The translations under genes were made by a program, and so were the position numbers. DNA of 63,857 nt, the filler included, from Octopus bimaculoides (taxonomy: Eukaryota), in the NCBI RefSeq assembly GCF_001194135.2. It is 7 parts of 7 records of this genome, joined end to end, with 100 filler letters (N's around TTAATTAATTAA, not from the genome) between each part and the next. Parts side by side here need not be neighbours in the genome. Positions count along the whole stretch, not along the records: positions 7,014 to 35,370 come from NC_068986.1; 6 more parts are not named here. One strand, given 5' to 3'. The notes under the pieces are model-generated. The model was not told where the DNA came from and made no database searches. It saw only the letters and a program-made list of their open reading frames with translations. Numbering within the stretch: position 1 is the first letter of the stretch; the number at the start of each line of letters is the position of its first letter. This document shows, piece by piece, positions 14,570 through 26,865 of the stretch.

Positions 14570-14765
14570 AGGTTCGTGGCTTAGTGGTTAGAGTGGTTAG
14601 AGTTTAATTCCCGGCGACGCGTTGAGTCCTTAAGCAAAACACTTTATTTCACGTTGCTCCAGTCCACTCAAGTGGCAAAAATTAGTGGTATTTCAAAGGG
14701 CCAGCCTTGTCACACTCTGTGTCACGCTGGATCTCCCGGGGAACTGCGTTAGGGTACATATGCTT
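14570..14765 (+). mobile_element. tRNA-derived SINE fragment with CORE-like central domain
   Basis: tggcttagtggttagag...taagcaaaacactttatttcacgttgctccagtccactca, then cagccttgtcacactctgtgtcacgctg shared with 54430 and 61140. Confidence 0.75.
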
Positions 14766-16359
14766 GTGATATGTTGGGCGGGGGGAGAGAAAAAGAGTAA
14801 ACAAAATGATGCTAAGAGTGAAAAAACACCGAAAACGAAAAAGATTACAAACTGAAAGTAAGAAAGTTCAAATGGTACTGCATGTGAGTGGGGCGCATGC
14901 AGCCATTTCATTACCATCGATTTCACTGTACGTTTTTTTTTTCATTTTCATTCGTTTTATAGTTTTTGTCCCCACTGTAGTGTTCTATCTGTCCTTGTGC
15001 CGTCCCCCTCTATGCATGAGCCTGAGTGCTCAAATAAAGAAAGGAATTGTCCGCATTATTTGTGGGCGAATTATTAGGGAGGTCATTTATTATATCAGTC
15101 GATTGGTTGTTGTACTTCATATTGCTATTCTTCCTAGTTTCATAGAAGGAGCCTAGCTTTTTATTGTTGATAGAGGCTATAATAGTAGCTAGGTTGCTTA
15201 GATAAGCTGTGACCTACTCTAATTTTATTGCTAAAGATTTCTGAGTATTTGGTATTCATATTATAGTGCTTATTTATAAGACTCAATCTAGATATAACTA
15301 TGTTAGTTCTAAGCTCTATCACGTAGAGCATTATTAGGCAGATGTTATCCTTATCCATATTGTTATTTTTGATATTATTGTTTTGGGTGTAGAAACTGTC
15401 CTCAGTATTATTGTAGATCGTAAAGTTATGGTTATAATTATTATGCTTCTTTCTATTGTTATTTTTATTATTATTACTATCAGTTTTACTGGGGTTGTTT
15501 CTTATCTTCTCCATATATTAAACCACGGTATTACATTTATATTACCTACTAGCGTATACCTTATAACTAGGACTATACATAGTGAGGTAATACACGAAGA
15601 TTGCCCACGGATACGTCTATCCTTTAGATGGTTGCATAACCCCAAACTTATATCTTGCTTAATATATATTCATGTATGTACATATATGTGTGTATGTATA
15701 TATATATATATATATGTGTGTATATGTATATATATATATATATATGCATATGTATATATATGTATGTATATGTATATATATGTATACATATATATATATA
15801 TATNNNNNNNNNNNNNNNNNNNNNNNNNNNNNNNNNNNNNNNNNNNNNNNNNNNNNNNNNNNNNNNNNNNNNNNNNNNNNNNNNNNNNNNNNNNNNNNNN
15901 NNNNNNNNNNNNNNNNNNNNNNNNNNNNNNNNNNNNNNNNNNNNNNNNNNNNNNNNNNNNNNNNNNNNNNNNNNNNNNNNNNNNNNNNNNNNNNNNNNNN
16001 NNNNNNNNNNNNNNNNNNNNNNNNNNNNNNNNNNNNNNNNNNNNNNNNNNNNNNNNNNNNNNNNNNNNNNNNNNNNNNNNNNNNNNNNNNNNNNNNNNNN
16101 NNNNNNNNNNNNNNNNNNNNNNNNNNNNNNNNNNNNNNNNNNNNNNNNNNNNNNNNNNNNNNNNNACGTTTTAAGGAGAAAAAACCGACAAAGAATAGTT
16201 TGTTGTTATGCAGAAAAAGAAGTAAAGCTCGTAAGATTGAGTGAAGATCTACAGCACTTTAAAAATAGGGTGTGTAATGTGGTGCGAAAAGTGTAACGAA
16301 AACATCCTAGGTGGCAATGATGAAATAGTGAAACAAACAACTTCCTTTATAAATACTTT

Positions 16360-16672
16360 TATTCTTTTATTCTTTTACCTGTTTCAATCATTTGACAGCG
16401 ACTATGCTGGCTCACCACTTTAAAGGGTGTTATTCTTTGTAAGCCTAGTACTTATTCTATCGGTCGCTTTTGTCGAACCGCTAGGTTACGGGGACATAAA
16501 GACATCAACATCGGTTATCAAGCGATGGCGTGGGGACATACACAGACGGGCTTCTACCAAATCCACTGGTCGGTCCAAGGCTATAGTAGAAAACACTTTC
16601 CTAAGGTACCACGCAGTGGGACTGAACCTGGAACCATGTGGCTGAGAAGCAAGCTTCTTACCACAAAGCCAC
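16360..16672 (-). mobile_element. SINE family A, internally deleted
   Basis: Same blocks as other family A copies (gcctagtacttattctatcgg; cacgcagtgggactgaacc). Confidence 0.85.
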
Positions 16673-17064
16673 ACCTTATTTATTTGTTTGTTTGTTTTCG
16701 TTTATTTGTTTTATTTACTTGTTTATTTATTTATTTATTTATTTGCATTCATGTAGCTGCTCTGAGCAGTTTTATACCGTATTTTGCTATTGTTATCTAT
16801 AATATATATTGGAGATCACTGAAGTCTAAAACACGAAAGAAATGGTTTGTTTTTAGGAAAGTACCTTCGGAATTTGTTTTAGTTTTAATGTGGATATCAA
16901 TAATATAGTTTATTTCCAGTAAGTGGCAGAGACGTGACAACTTGACATCATTCGTAGCTGCCCCGAGGGTACAACATACACACAGTATAATGGGGTAAAC
17001 GTCAATATTAATTATATTGATTTTTCACATTGGTATAAGATAGTTACACAAATGAGGGGAAATT

Positions 17065-17275
17065 GAAATTCTTTCTTTTATTTTATTGTGTTACTATTTC
17101 AGTCATTAGACTGCGGCAATGCTAGGACCAATTTGCTTTTCTAGTCGAATGAATTGACCCCAGTACTTGATTTTTAAAAACTTGGTTCTTATTCTATCGT
17201 TCTCTTTTGCAGAACTGCTAAGTTACAGGAACACACCAACACCGATTGTCAAGCGATGGTAGGAGACAACCACAC
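17065..17275 (-). mobile_element. SINE family A 3' half, diverged
   Basis: cagtcattagactgcggcaatgct...aaccgattgtcaagcgatggt. Confidence 0.75.
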
Positions 17276-17519
17276 GCGCGCGCACACAAACACATATAAA
17301 TTGCAAGACATTTTATTTCTATTTTCTTTGACAATTCCTTAGACTTTTAGTTGAAGACAGTTGACATGCAATACTTTTCTATGCTGCCTGTTATGACGCA
17401 AAAAATATCATATTAAGTGTACTTTGTAGTTTATTATTGTAGTTTTATGTGCTGTGAATGAGGCGACCAGGCTGAGTTGACATAATTTAAATTTAATTTA
17501 TTATTTCTACATCATTTTG

Positions 17520-17720
17520 TTTTTAGTTGTTTCAGTTATTAGACTACGTCTATGCTGGGGCACCGCCTTGAAGAATTTTTGTCGAATGAATCGACCCCAG
17601 TAATTTTTTTCTTTTTAAGCGTGGTACTTACTCTATCGAACTCTTGCCGAACCACTAGGTTACGGGGATGCAAACACAGCAACACCGGTTATCAAGCGGC
17701 GGTGGGGGACAAACACAAAC
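17520..17720 (-). mobile_element. SINE family A 3' half
   Basis: tatgctggggcaccgcc...gccgaaccactaggttacgggg. Confidence 0.78.
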
Positions 17721-17737
17721 ACCCACACCCACGCACG

Positions 17738-17780
<43 letters not shown>

Positions 17781-18062
17781 TTTAAGTCCGTTGCTTTGGT
17801 GCCATTACTAGGTGAATTACGTAGAATCGAAGTACCTGATATGTGGTAGGAGATGTGAGTATGCTGTCATCTGCGTATGACACATGTATACGTATGTAAG
17901 AGAGATGAGGAATGTCATACAAGTACATATTAGAAACAGTAGATGAGAGACTAGCCTACGTGATGCAGTATTCCGGAAATACTAAATTCTGAATATACTA
18001 TTTTTGTACTATACAGGCTTGGCGAATATAGAGGTAGTTTACCAGTCAGTGTTCGGTTTATA

Positions 18063-18272
18063 CAGGTCGTCCACAAAGTCTGGGTACATGGAGTAAACAA
18101 TATCATAGCATAAACAATTAAATATAAGAAATAATAATTTCTTAAAGTATGTGTTAATCCCATGTGGGTACATGGAGTAAATAAAATTATAGCATAAACA
18201 ATTAAGTATAAGTAATGTTAATTTCTTAAAGTATGTGTAAATCCCATGTACCCAGACTTTGTGGATACCCTG
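18063..18272. mobile_element. Tc1/mariner-type MITE, 210 bp, TA target-site duplication
   Basis: TA|caggtcgtccacaaagtctgggtacatgg...ccatgtacccagactttgtggataccctg|TA, with an internal tandem duplication of about 84 bp. Confidence 0.88.
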
Positions 18273-18988
18273 TATTTTAAGGAGGTGCATTTAGAATATA
18301 AGTGGATAATAGGGACGGAAATGAAAGCTTTTGCTAGTGTTGATAAAAGGCGATTGTATTTTTGCTACCGTTCTTGAAGCCATGGTATATTTTTTGTGAA
18401 AGGTGCGAAAATAGTATGGTGATGGTTGAATGTAATGGTCTAAATTAACTTTTGCTGTTGAAAAGGGAAAGGTAACATGCGCAGACTGGTATCGCTATAG
18501 CAACCAGTCTGCGCATGTCACCTTCCTCCTGTCTCTCCTATCTCCTTCCCCCAACACATCTGAGTAACTACTTTTTCTACTGCAACTTTGTTTTGTTTTC
18601 TTTTCTTTTGTAGTTTACTTTGTACCTTCTCGTATGTTCCGGCTTTACACAACAACCTTCTTTAAAGTTATACCACACAACACATCACTAAAACTAGGTC
18701 ATTTTATTCACAAGATTTGGGGGGGGGGATAGGACAAATGTGAAGTTCTGGCATAAGTAGTTCCATACAGGAATTGAAAGTGAGTCACGGGTTAAATAAT
18801 CGAAATTCCTCGGTGCAGTACATCACTTACCACCGCCTTTAGATAAAGGGAAGGGCATATTGGATTCTGTGGTCTGAGATGGACTATGCTTGAAAAACGT
18901 GATGGCCATGGCTTGAATGTTTTTGACAACAGGTCTGCCCGTCCAGAGTAGACCTCGTGCTGAAGAAAAACGACCTCAACCACCACCA

Positions 18989-19053
<65 letters not shown>

Positions 19054-19054
<1 letters not shown>

Positions 19055-21375
19055 ATCGTTTCTGTTCGGTTACCAGCGGCTGCCAATATAAATTTTCTGT
19101 TCGAATTGATTTCATATTCAATGTAACGATACACTTTTATAGGTTAATTAATGACGTAAAAGTAATTTTCGCAATAAATCAATAAATAAAGAGTTATTAG
19201 TAATTAAAGTTTGAAAATTTTGGTAATTTTAGCCAATCGTAAGCCACAGACATATTCATGTCTGTTTCGATAGTAACAAGCGGACACATGAGAACAATTT
19301 TGCCTGTTGCTATAGTAACAGTTTGTAGCGTACACTCGACTGAAATTCCTCCCCCTTTATTATATATACGTACATACGACCGTAGCAGATAACAGTTAGT
19401 CTTTGGCCGCTATTTGGACCTCGTTGTGTCCACTACTCTGATTGGTTGGTATTAACGCAATTTGTCTCTTACTCTGTCGCGCCAATATGCAGCGTATAAC
19501 CAATCGGATCCTCTAAATAAGATCACGTGAGACAGCCTTTTCTCAACCCCGTTGAGCCTCCTGTTTGTTACTTATAAACCCCAGCTACTCCTCGTCTCGA
19601 GGTCTTTGGTTCCAGACCTTTTAAGGTCTAGCCACTGTCCACACAAGTCACAGCCAATTCCAGCGACTACGCCGGACAACACCCGTCCAACAGCATTACG
19701 TCAATCTCCTTCTTTGTCACCACCATCATCTTCTTAACGATGTCAACATCATCTCTCTACGTGCACAGCTCAACCAGCAACTACACAGGTTTCAACATAG
19801 CACTGTTCATGAATTACTTCACCATGGTTAGCACCATGGTTAAATATATACAAAAACACACACATACATATATGTATATGTATATATAGAAGGACTAATT
19901 TGTGATTTCAAAAGGATTATATTTTCCTCATGAGGGAAAAACTCGGATCTTGTGAATCTTGTGAATTTTCCGAAGTCCACTACCCCACCCCACCTCCGTT
20001 GCTTTCCGCGCATTTTGTGTTTCATATTCGTTTCCTACGAGAGTGTGAAGTAGAAAGATATCGGTTTTCCTCAAAGTTACGACGGAAAAACGTCGGATCT
20101 TGTGAATTTTCCGATGTTCTCTCCCCATCCCCTCGGAAAAGATTTTTTCCCACAAATTTCTTTATAATCGTAATCTATACCGTTTGAAAGGTATTTATAT
20201 AAAATTTCATTTAAAAAACCCCATTTTCCTAAAAGTCATGATGGTAAAACATCGGAATTTGTGAATTTTCCGAAGGCTTCTCCCCTCCACCTTGCTTTCC
20301 GAGCATTTTGTTTACATATTCGTTTCCTAAACCTTCTTTTACACCCGTTGCACTATTTTTTGTTTTCGATTTCGTTTCCGGTTAATAATGTCAACATTCA
20401 ACCTCCTCTCAAACATTCTACTCGGTTGTGGCTTTCTCTCTTTGCCCCACTGGAATATATGCATAATTCCAGCCTTCAGAACGAAGTCGTTATTAGATGG
20501 TTTCACCACACTAGCCACCGACCATCTAAAGTTGGTGACTTGACATAGAACACGCGCCACGGTCCACCATCTATAAGACTTTGAAAAGTCTGCGAGGAAG
20601 CACGTGTTGACAGCAGTCTTTGAAAAGTTTTTTAACTGCAAGAAAGTACGTGTTGATTATTTGTGTCACTATGGCAGCAAACTCCAGTAACTTCGCTTCT
20701 ATGATGGAAAAATTGAAAACAGAAGAGGATACTGTGTCGTACCTTCAAGAAAAGAGTGTTACACTCGAAAGAAAATTATATAAAAAGAGGCATGTTATAT
20801 GTACAAAAATACGTGGTAGGAACATTTACTGGCGACATTAAACATATTTAAATTGTTTGTTTAATGTTTATTATTGAGCATTGAGGTGGTTGTGAGGTGT
20901 GCTAAAAATAACAGCTAAATATGATTTTTGGGATAAATCTTATAAATTAAAGTCTATTTGCCAACATCTCGCTCAGAGATTTAAAGCTAACTGTTTTTCT
21001 CTTTTAAGTTAACATAAGCATTTGTTTACATGAAAGAAAATTACCGGAGAACTTTCGTACTAAAAATAACAGCTAAATAAGATTTATTTACATGAGAGAA
21101 AATTACCGGAGACATAACATGTGTTGTTTACAAATATCAAGGTGTTGACGACAAAATGTGCAGTCACGCACAAAATGACAGCTTCGAAATTCTGTTTCCT
21201 GACTGGTTGAAAATGATCAAACTTTAAACCTCTATAACTTTTTAAAAACATTTTTCTGGAAAAAATGAAATAACTCCAGCTATTCAATTTGGGCAAGTGT
21301 ATTATTGTGCCAAAATTTAAAAATTTCGGTAAACTTTCATTTGTGGAGCCGCTGGCAACCAATCCGAAAAGATCC
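19054..21375. mobile_element. Second copy of the GGATC-terminated TIR family, inverted relative to 11226-13005 and inserted in (TAG)n
   Basis: (tag)n|gatcgtttctgttcggttaccagcggct...agccgctggcaaccaatccgaaaagatcc|gtagtaatagtag. 19085-19310 is the reverse complement of the 12060-12325 arm; 21130-21340 is the reverse complement of the 11290-11500 arm. Confidence 0.72.
20671..20841 (+). pseudogene. Possible Merlin/IS1595-like transposase N-terminal remnant
   Basis: MAANSSNFASMMEKLKTEEDTVSYLQEK...IYWRH resembles the L-x-TEED-x-YLQE...WRC N-terminus I recall from ISXO2-like transposases. No DDE domain seen. Confidence 0.4.
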
Positions 21376-21382
21376 GTAGTAA

Positions 21383-21449
<67 letters not shown>

Positions 21450-21469
21450 GGAGGGGGAGCAGTTGATTC

Positions 21470-21700
21470 ACTTCCTGCGCTCGCGACACTTCATGAGCCA
21501 AGAGGATGTGGAAGCTTAAGTGAAGGAGTATTTCACCTCGAAGGACAAGAACTGGTATCAGCGTGGGATCAAAGAAATGGCTTCAGACGGTGCAACACAA
21601 TAGTCACTACTTTGATTGCTAAACTGCTTTGTTGTTATTTGACAAATAAAGTAAATAAGTTACCAAAATATTGCTAAACTTTTGACTCCATATAATATCA
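21470..21700 (+). mobile_element. Mariner transposase 3' end remnant
   Basis: HFMSQEDVEA*VKEYFTSKDKNWYQRGIKEM matches the mariner C-terminal F..K...WY.RGI..L pattern. Confidence 0.75.
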
Positions 21701-22699
21701 TCCTAAGTGTCCTTTTTTCAAGGCGTGCGAGTTAAGGATAATATAGCTGGTATTTCTAGCGAGTTGAGTGACCACGTAAGCTCTCTCGTTTATGTTATCG
21801 ACGTTAACATTGATGTTTGCCTGAGAAAGCAAGGTCGGGCTGCGTAATTAAAAGAATTCAACTGACATCTATTTGTTCATCAGTTAAGGGTGAAGAGTAC
21901 GTTGACTCAATTAACACTCAATAATCGTCTCACTAACTACAGTCTAGTTCGGTGCTGCTATGTTACATTGTACTGTGCCGTGCATTGCATGACATGGAAG
22001 AATATTCTTCGGCACATTGTCAATAGTGTAATGAGTGGTGGAATAAGAAAGGAAACAAGAATGCGGAGGGATTAACTGTGGAGCAGTTAATCATAGTTTG
22101 TGAGTAACTTGAAAGATGAAATTAGAATTAAACAGGTACAGTGATAAGTAAGAGGATGAGGGTGCTGTTGATGATGCTTTTGATGGTGAATCAGAACACT
22201 CACGTCATGAATCTATAATGTTAGGCAAATTAGTTATAACGAAATATAGCAGAGTGTAATGGAATGTAACGGAAATTTAAAATGGGATTAACAACGGAAA
22301 TGTAACAGAAATATAGTGTTAATATAAACAGGGGCATTAGTTACAACACATGTGCATGTTTAAACTATTACTACAGCTATGGTGAATAAAATGGTATTAA
22401 ATAGCAAAGGAATGGAAAAATTTAAGTATGTTGCTGTCATTGTTTAATGCCTGGTAGACCGGTTGACATGCAGTTTACTGTTGTAAAATAAGGAAAAAGA
22501 AATTATCCTTAATATGTAAAAGCATATTGCGTTAGAAACAGAAAGAAATCCTTTTTATCAAATATGATATACTCTACCCTTCCGATGTATTTGAGTATAA
22601 AAATCTTTAAATTTGCAGTATACTAGTGCTTTCCGTGGAAAACAATCTATTCAGGATTAATATTGGGTGTAAGGATTTGATATTTTTTGCAACACAAGC

Positions 22700-22872
22700 T
22701 ACTAATGAGGATGGAGCTGCAAGAGAATATTTTAGTGTACATTCAAAACTAAACAGTGTTACTTAATAGCAAAAGCTCGCAATCGATTAGAAATTGTCTT
22801 TACTAACAATGGACTGTGATATTCTGATATAGAAAATCTTGCAAAACACTGTCACCCATGAAGATCCCACTG
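22700..22872 (+). pseudogene. Possible hAT (Buster/ZBED-type) transposase C-terminal remnant
   Basis: KARNRLEI...SDIENLAKHCHP*RSH* resembles the K.RNRL...Q.H.SH* terminus. Heavily decayed. Confidence 0.35.
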
Positions 22873-23330
22873 AAAAAATACAGTAACAAGTATTATAATA
22901 TTCTTTTTTTTTGGGTTTTTTTTTTTTTGGTTAAAACATTTATCTTTATATTCAACAAATAATAATCTTTTAGAATTATTAATTTTCTGAGAGTCAATAA
23001 AAGTTATTTTTTCTTTGCTATGCATGTTATATCAGGAAAATAATGCATTATTATAAGAGGTTGTTTTATTGAACCAACAAAATATTTTTGTTTTTGTGAA
23101 ATAGAGCTAATTGAGAGTAAATGTGCAATTAATAGACACTGATATTTTTATGGAGTTTATGTTAATGGTAGAACACAGAACGCCACTGTAAAAATACTTT
23201 TTAATGGTCCAATGAATGTGATAGCATTGTAAAAATATTTTTTAATTGGTCCAATGAATGTGATATGTACTGTTACATATCACAAAGAAAATAGATCATT
23301 TCTGCTGCTATCAGTATTAGAACCAACCGT

Positions 23331-23550
23331 TAAGGCAGCGAGCTGGCAGAATCGTTAGCACACCGGGTAAAATGCTAAGCGGTATTTCGTCCGTCTTCGT
23401 GTTCTGAGTTCAAACTCCGCCGAGGTCGACTTTGCCTTTCCTCCTTTCGGGGTCGATATAATAAGTATCAGTTGAACAATGGGCTCGATGTAATTGACTT
23501 AAATCCTACTCCAAAATAGCTGGACTTGTTCCAAAAATCTGAGACCAATT
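23331..23550 (+). mobile_element. SINE family B
   Basis: aggcagcgagctggcagaatcgttagcacaccgggtaaaatgctaagcgg...gagttcaaactccgccgaggtcgactttgcc. Confidence 0.88.
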
Positions 23551-23554
23551 TTAG

Positions 23555-23880
23555 AGTCAACCATTGTTGAAAAGAATTCAGTCATCTACATTTCAATTAT
23601 TATCGTTGATTAAACCTGGACTGATAAGGAACACATTAGTTCATTTCGTATATCAGGGTTGAGATATGTTGCATTTTGATCATTCAGTAATAAATGTTGC
23701 TCCAGCAATGTATCTTTTTTGGCAAACACTCTTATGACTTTCAAGACATTGTTTTCGCTTGTATCTGGAGCACCTAAACCTTGATATTTGTGATGACCAC
23801 GAAATATCAATCCCTGGTTTCCCCATCAAATCGAGAACTGCGTCTACATTATGAGCTGCAGTTCTCAGTTTGTGAGGGCA
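23555..23880 (-). pseudogene. hAT transposase fragment (ZMYM1/DUF4371-like region)
   Basis: GLIFRGH...EQHLLLNDQNATYLNPDIRNELM, then FFSTMVDS, matching FRGH...NATYLSPxIQNELI...FFSIxADE. Confidence 0.75.
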
Positions 23881-23957
23881 AAGTGATTCTACTTATTAAT
23901 GAGTTAGAATCAAGGCCGGCAAAGACATTTCTGTCATTAAAGACTGTTGTGTGTGTG

Positions 23958-24085
23958 AGAGAGAGAGAGAGAGATATGTAGAGAGAGAGAGAGAGATATG
24001 TAGAGAGAGAGAGAGAGATATGTAGAGAGAGAGAGAGAGATATGTAGAGAGAGATAAAGAGAAAGAGAGAGAGAGAGAGAAGAGA
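23958..24085. repeat. (GA)n tract with higher-order 22-bp unit (gatatgtagagagagagagaga)
   Basis: tatgta interruptions recur at regular spacing four times. Confidence 0.9.
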
Positions 24086-24559
24086 AGATATTTTGTAGGT
24101 GTTTTAAAATAAATCTGCGGCAAACCAGCATCCTATCCTTGAGAAACTCGTTTTTCTTATTTTATTGTCTGAACACTATAAAACTATAGTTGACTATTTT
24201 TTGAAAGAATTATCGTGATTGATTAGAAAATATTCAGTTAGAAGTTGCATTGATAAGTAATATACATAACGATTTCATTACAATTATACCACCAGTATCG
24301 TAGACAACGTAATATTGTTTATGTTTACGCATTTCGGATTCCATCCCTTGACTATGTTGTTAAAAACTTCGTTCTACAACCACGTGCTTCTGTGTTCGAT
24401 CCACACAACATTTTGGGCAAGATTCTTCTACTGTAGACGGCTGTCCAGTATTTTGTAAGTAGAAGCTCGTTGTTGGAAACTGTGCAGAAAACCATCGTTT
24501 ATGCATAACTGTATGTGTCAGTGATTGTGTTTATTTTATTTGACACAAAACTACCAGAT

Positions 24560-24920
24560 AAATTCGGTGTTGTGTCAAAGAAATCGACCCCAAGACTTAT
24601 TCGCTGTAAGCCTATACTTATTCTATCGGTCTCTTTTGCCGAACCGCTAAATTTCGGGAACATAAGCACACCAGCATCGGTTGTCAAGTAATGGCAGGGG
24701 GAAAACACAGACACACGCACACGCACACGCACACATAAATATACATACATACATATATACACGACGGGCTTCTAGTTTTTGTCTACGAAATCTACTCACA
24801 AGGATCTGGTCGACCCGAGGCTATAATACGAGACACTTGTTCAAGGTGTCGCGCATTGGGATGGAACCCGGAACCGTGTGGTTGGGAAGCAAGCTTCTTA
24901 CCACACAGCCATGCCTGCGC
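24560..24920 (-). mobile_element. SINE family A
   Basis: Near full length, with head aggcgcaggcatggctgtgtggtaagaagc on the minus strand. Confidence 0.9.
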
Positions 24921-25081
24921 CTATTGATAAAACTGAAATTAGTCCTAAGGTCTATATGATCGACATAGACATTTAAAGGCATGGCCATGATTCGGTGATA
25001 GAAACCAGTAAAAGAATAAAAGGAGAATGAGGAAAGACAAAAAGTCTAGATGCTCTGAAGGAATCAATACCAGAAACTAGG

Positions 25082-25255
25082 TACAGGCGTGGCTGTCTGG
25101 TAAGAAGCTTGCTTCCCAACCACATGATTCCAGATTCAGTCCCACTGCGTGGCACCTTGGGCAAGTATTCCCTACTATAGGCTCGGACCGACCAAAGCAT
25201 TGTGAGTGGATTTAGTAGAAACTGAAAGAAGCCAGTCGTATATATATGTATATCG
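25082..25255 (+). mobile_element. SINE family A 5' half, interrupted by the MULE; 3' half at 27050-27262
   Basis: The head runs to ...gaaagaagccagtcgtatatatg and stops. The complementary tail (cttgacaacgggtgttggtgtg...gcggtgccccagtatggcc) resumes after the gap. Confidence 0.75.
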
Positions 25256-25259
25256 TGTG

Positions 25260-26865
25260 CAGATAATTCGCCGACAGACAATCCGCCGGTAGGACAATTG
25301 GTTAATTGGACAAAAAGTCGACATGCGGAAGTATCGATCACGGAGTTCATCAAAACGGAACGAGGAGGCAGAAAGCTTCTATACAAAGGGTACGCCTATA
25401 TTATTGATAGAACCAGAAAAGAAAAGACGTATTGGAGATGCACAAATCGTAAACTGTGCAGTGCTAGACAGACAACGATTGATGATGAAATTAGCAAAAC
25501 TCCTTCTGAACACGTACATCCACCTACGCCAATTGAAAATCACCCTGTAAAAGTTATGGAAGAAATAAAGCTTCGTGCTGGACGAGCTGAACAATTGCCG
25601 AGCTCTATAGTTGAAACCGTAGCTTCCGATATCCCCTTGAGCGTTGCTGGATGTTTACTGAAAATGGGATCTCTTAAACGTGCAGTGCGACGGAGAAGAC
25701 CAGTTATTAACAAGGATGAATTGTATAAAACGCCAAGAGGTGATAATCTTTTACTATATAGAAATGATGAAGTTTCTATATTTGGTACTGTGAAAAATTT
25801 AGAAATGTTATCCAAGAAAAGTGAATGCTTTTGTGACGGAACATTTAACTGCGCTCCTTTAGGCAAGCAGTTATACCCGATCCATGCATAAATTTGTGAA
25901 AGTAAAACAGTGCTTCTACTTTATTGCATAACAAACAGTAAATCTAAAGTAAATTTATGATTTGGTTTAAATTTATCAAAGAAGAAAGGAATTTGAGTGT
26001 GAAATCAATTACAGTTGACTTTGAGAAAGCAGCTATAAACAGCATTAAAAAATTATTTCCTCGCGTCTCTGTGTTTGGTTGTTTTTTCCACTTTGGACAG
26101 TGTTTATGGAGCAAGATACATGCTACAGGTTTACAAACGTGGTACACCGAAGGAGAAAATGCATTTATTATAAAACAGCTGCAAGCGTTAGCTTTCGTAC
26201 CACCTAATGACGTAACTACTTTGTTTGAACAATTACTTCATTCTTTAAGTGCTCAAACTGATGAAATTTTGGAGGAATTCCTAACTTATTTTGAATGTAC
26301 TTGGGTAGGAATCATGCAACGTGGTAGACCTCGACGACCACTATACGACATTTCTTTACAGTCGTGCTACAACAGAGTTCTCAATGATCTTCCGAAAACC
26401 AACAACACTCTGGAAGAGTGGCACCGAGCCTTCAGTAGAAGAGTTAACTTCCATCACCCTAACTTATCCAAATTAATTGAGAAACTTGGGGTAGAACAGT
26501 CACACCGAAATGGTAATAGAACAGGCCATATCAGGAGTTGAAGTGGCAAGGAAAAGCAAAAAGTACAATCGCCTTAAGGAAAGACTTAAAACCATTGTTC
26601 TTAATTACGACGATGAAGGTGGGTTGAAATTTTTTAGGGCATATGCCCATAATTGTATGTGATATCTTTATTTCTATTTCTAAGACTAACAAAACATTTT
26701 GTACTTTTTTCATATGCCGACCTAACGTACGTAATATCTTTTTATAAATAAATCGTTTCTGTTTGAAAATCTAATAAAACTTTTTCGTAAATTTTACTTT
26801 GCTTTTAAAAAAGTCGACACATTATCCTTCCGGTAAATTGTCCAATCGGTCAATTGTTTTTTCTG
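25260..26865 (+). mobile_element. Mutator-like (MULE) DNA transposon with FLYWCH-MULE transposase pseudogene (about 25320-26662)
   Basis: RGGRKLLYKGYAY...TYWRC...C...HVH (FLYWCH), CDGTF, VDFEKA, GCFFHFGQ, PKTNNTLEEWHRAF. In-frame TAA at 25889 and frameshifts near 25957 and 26505. Right end lost in a gap. Confidence 0.9.

Noticed and set aside
15160-15640. AT-rich stretch with a hydrophobic ORF, considered as a NUMT or membrane-protein exon
   Set aside because: No recognisable mitochondrial or other protein motif; hydrophobicity follows from T-rich composition.
23958-24085. Regularly spaced short repeats, considered as a CRISPR-like array
   Set aside because: The 'spacers' are just (GA)n, with no unique spacers or cas genes, in a eukaryotic context.
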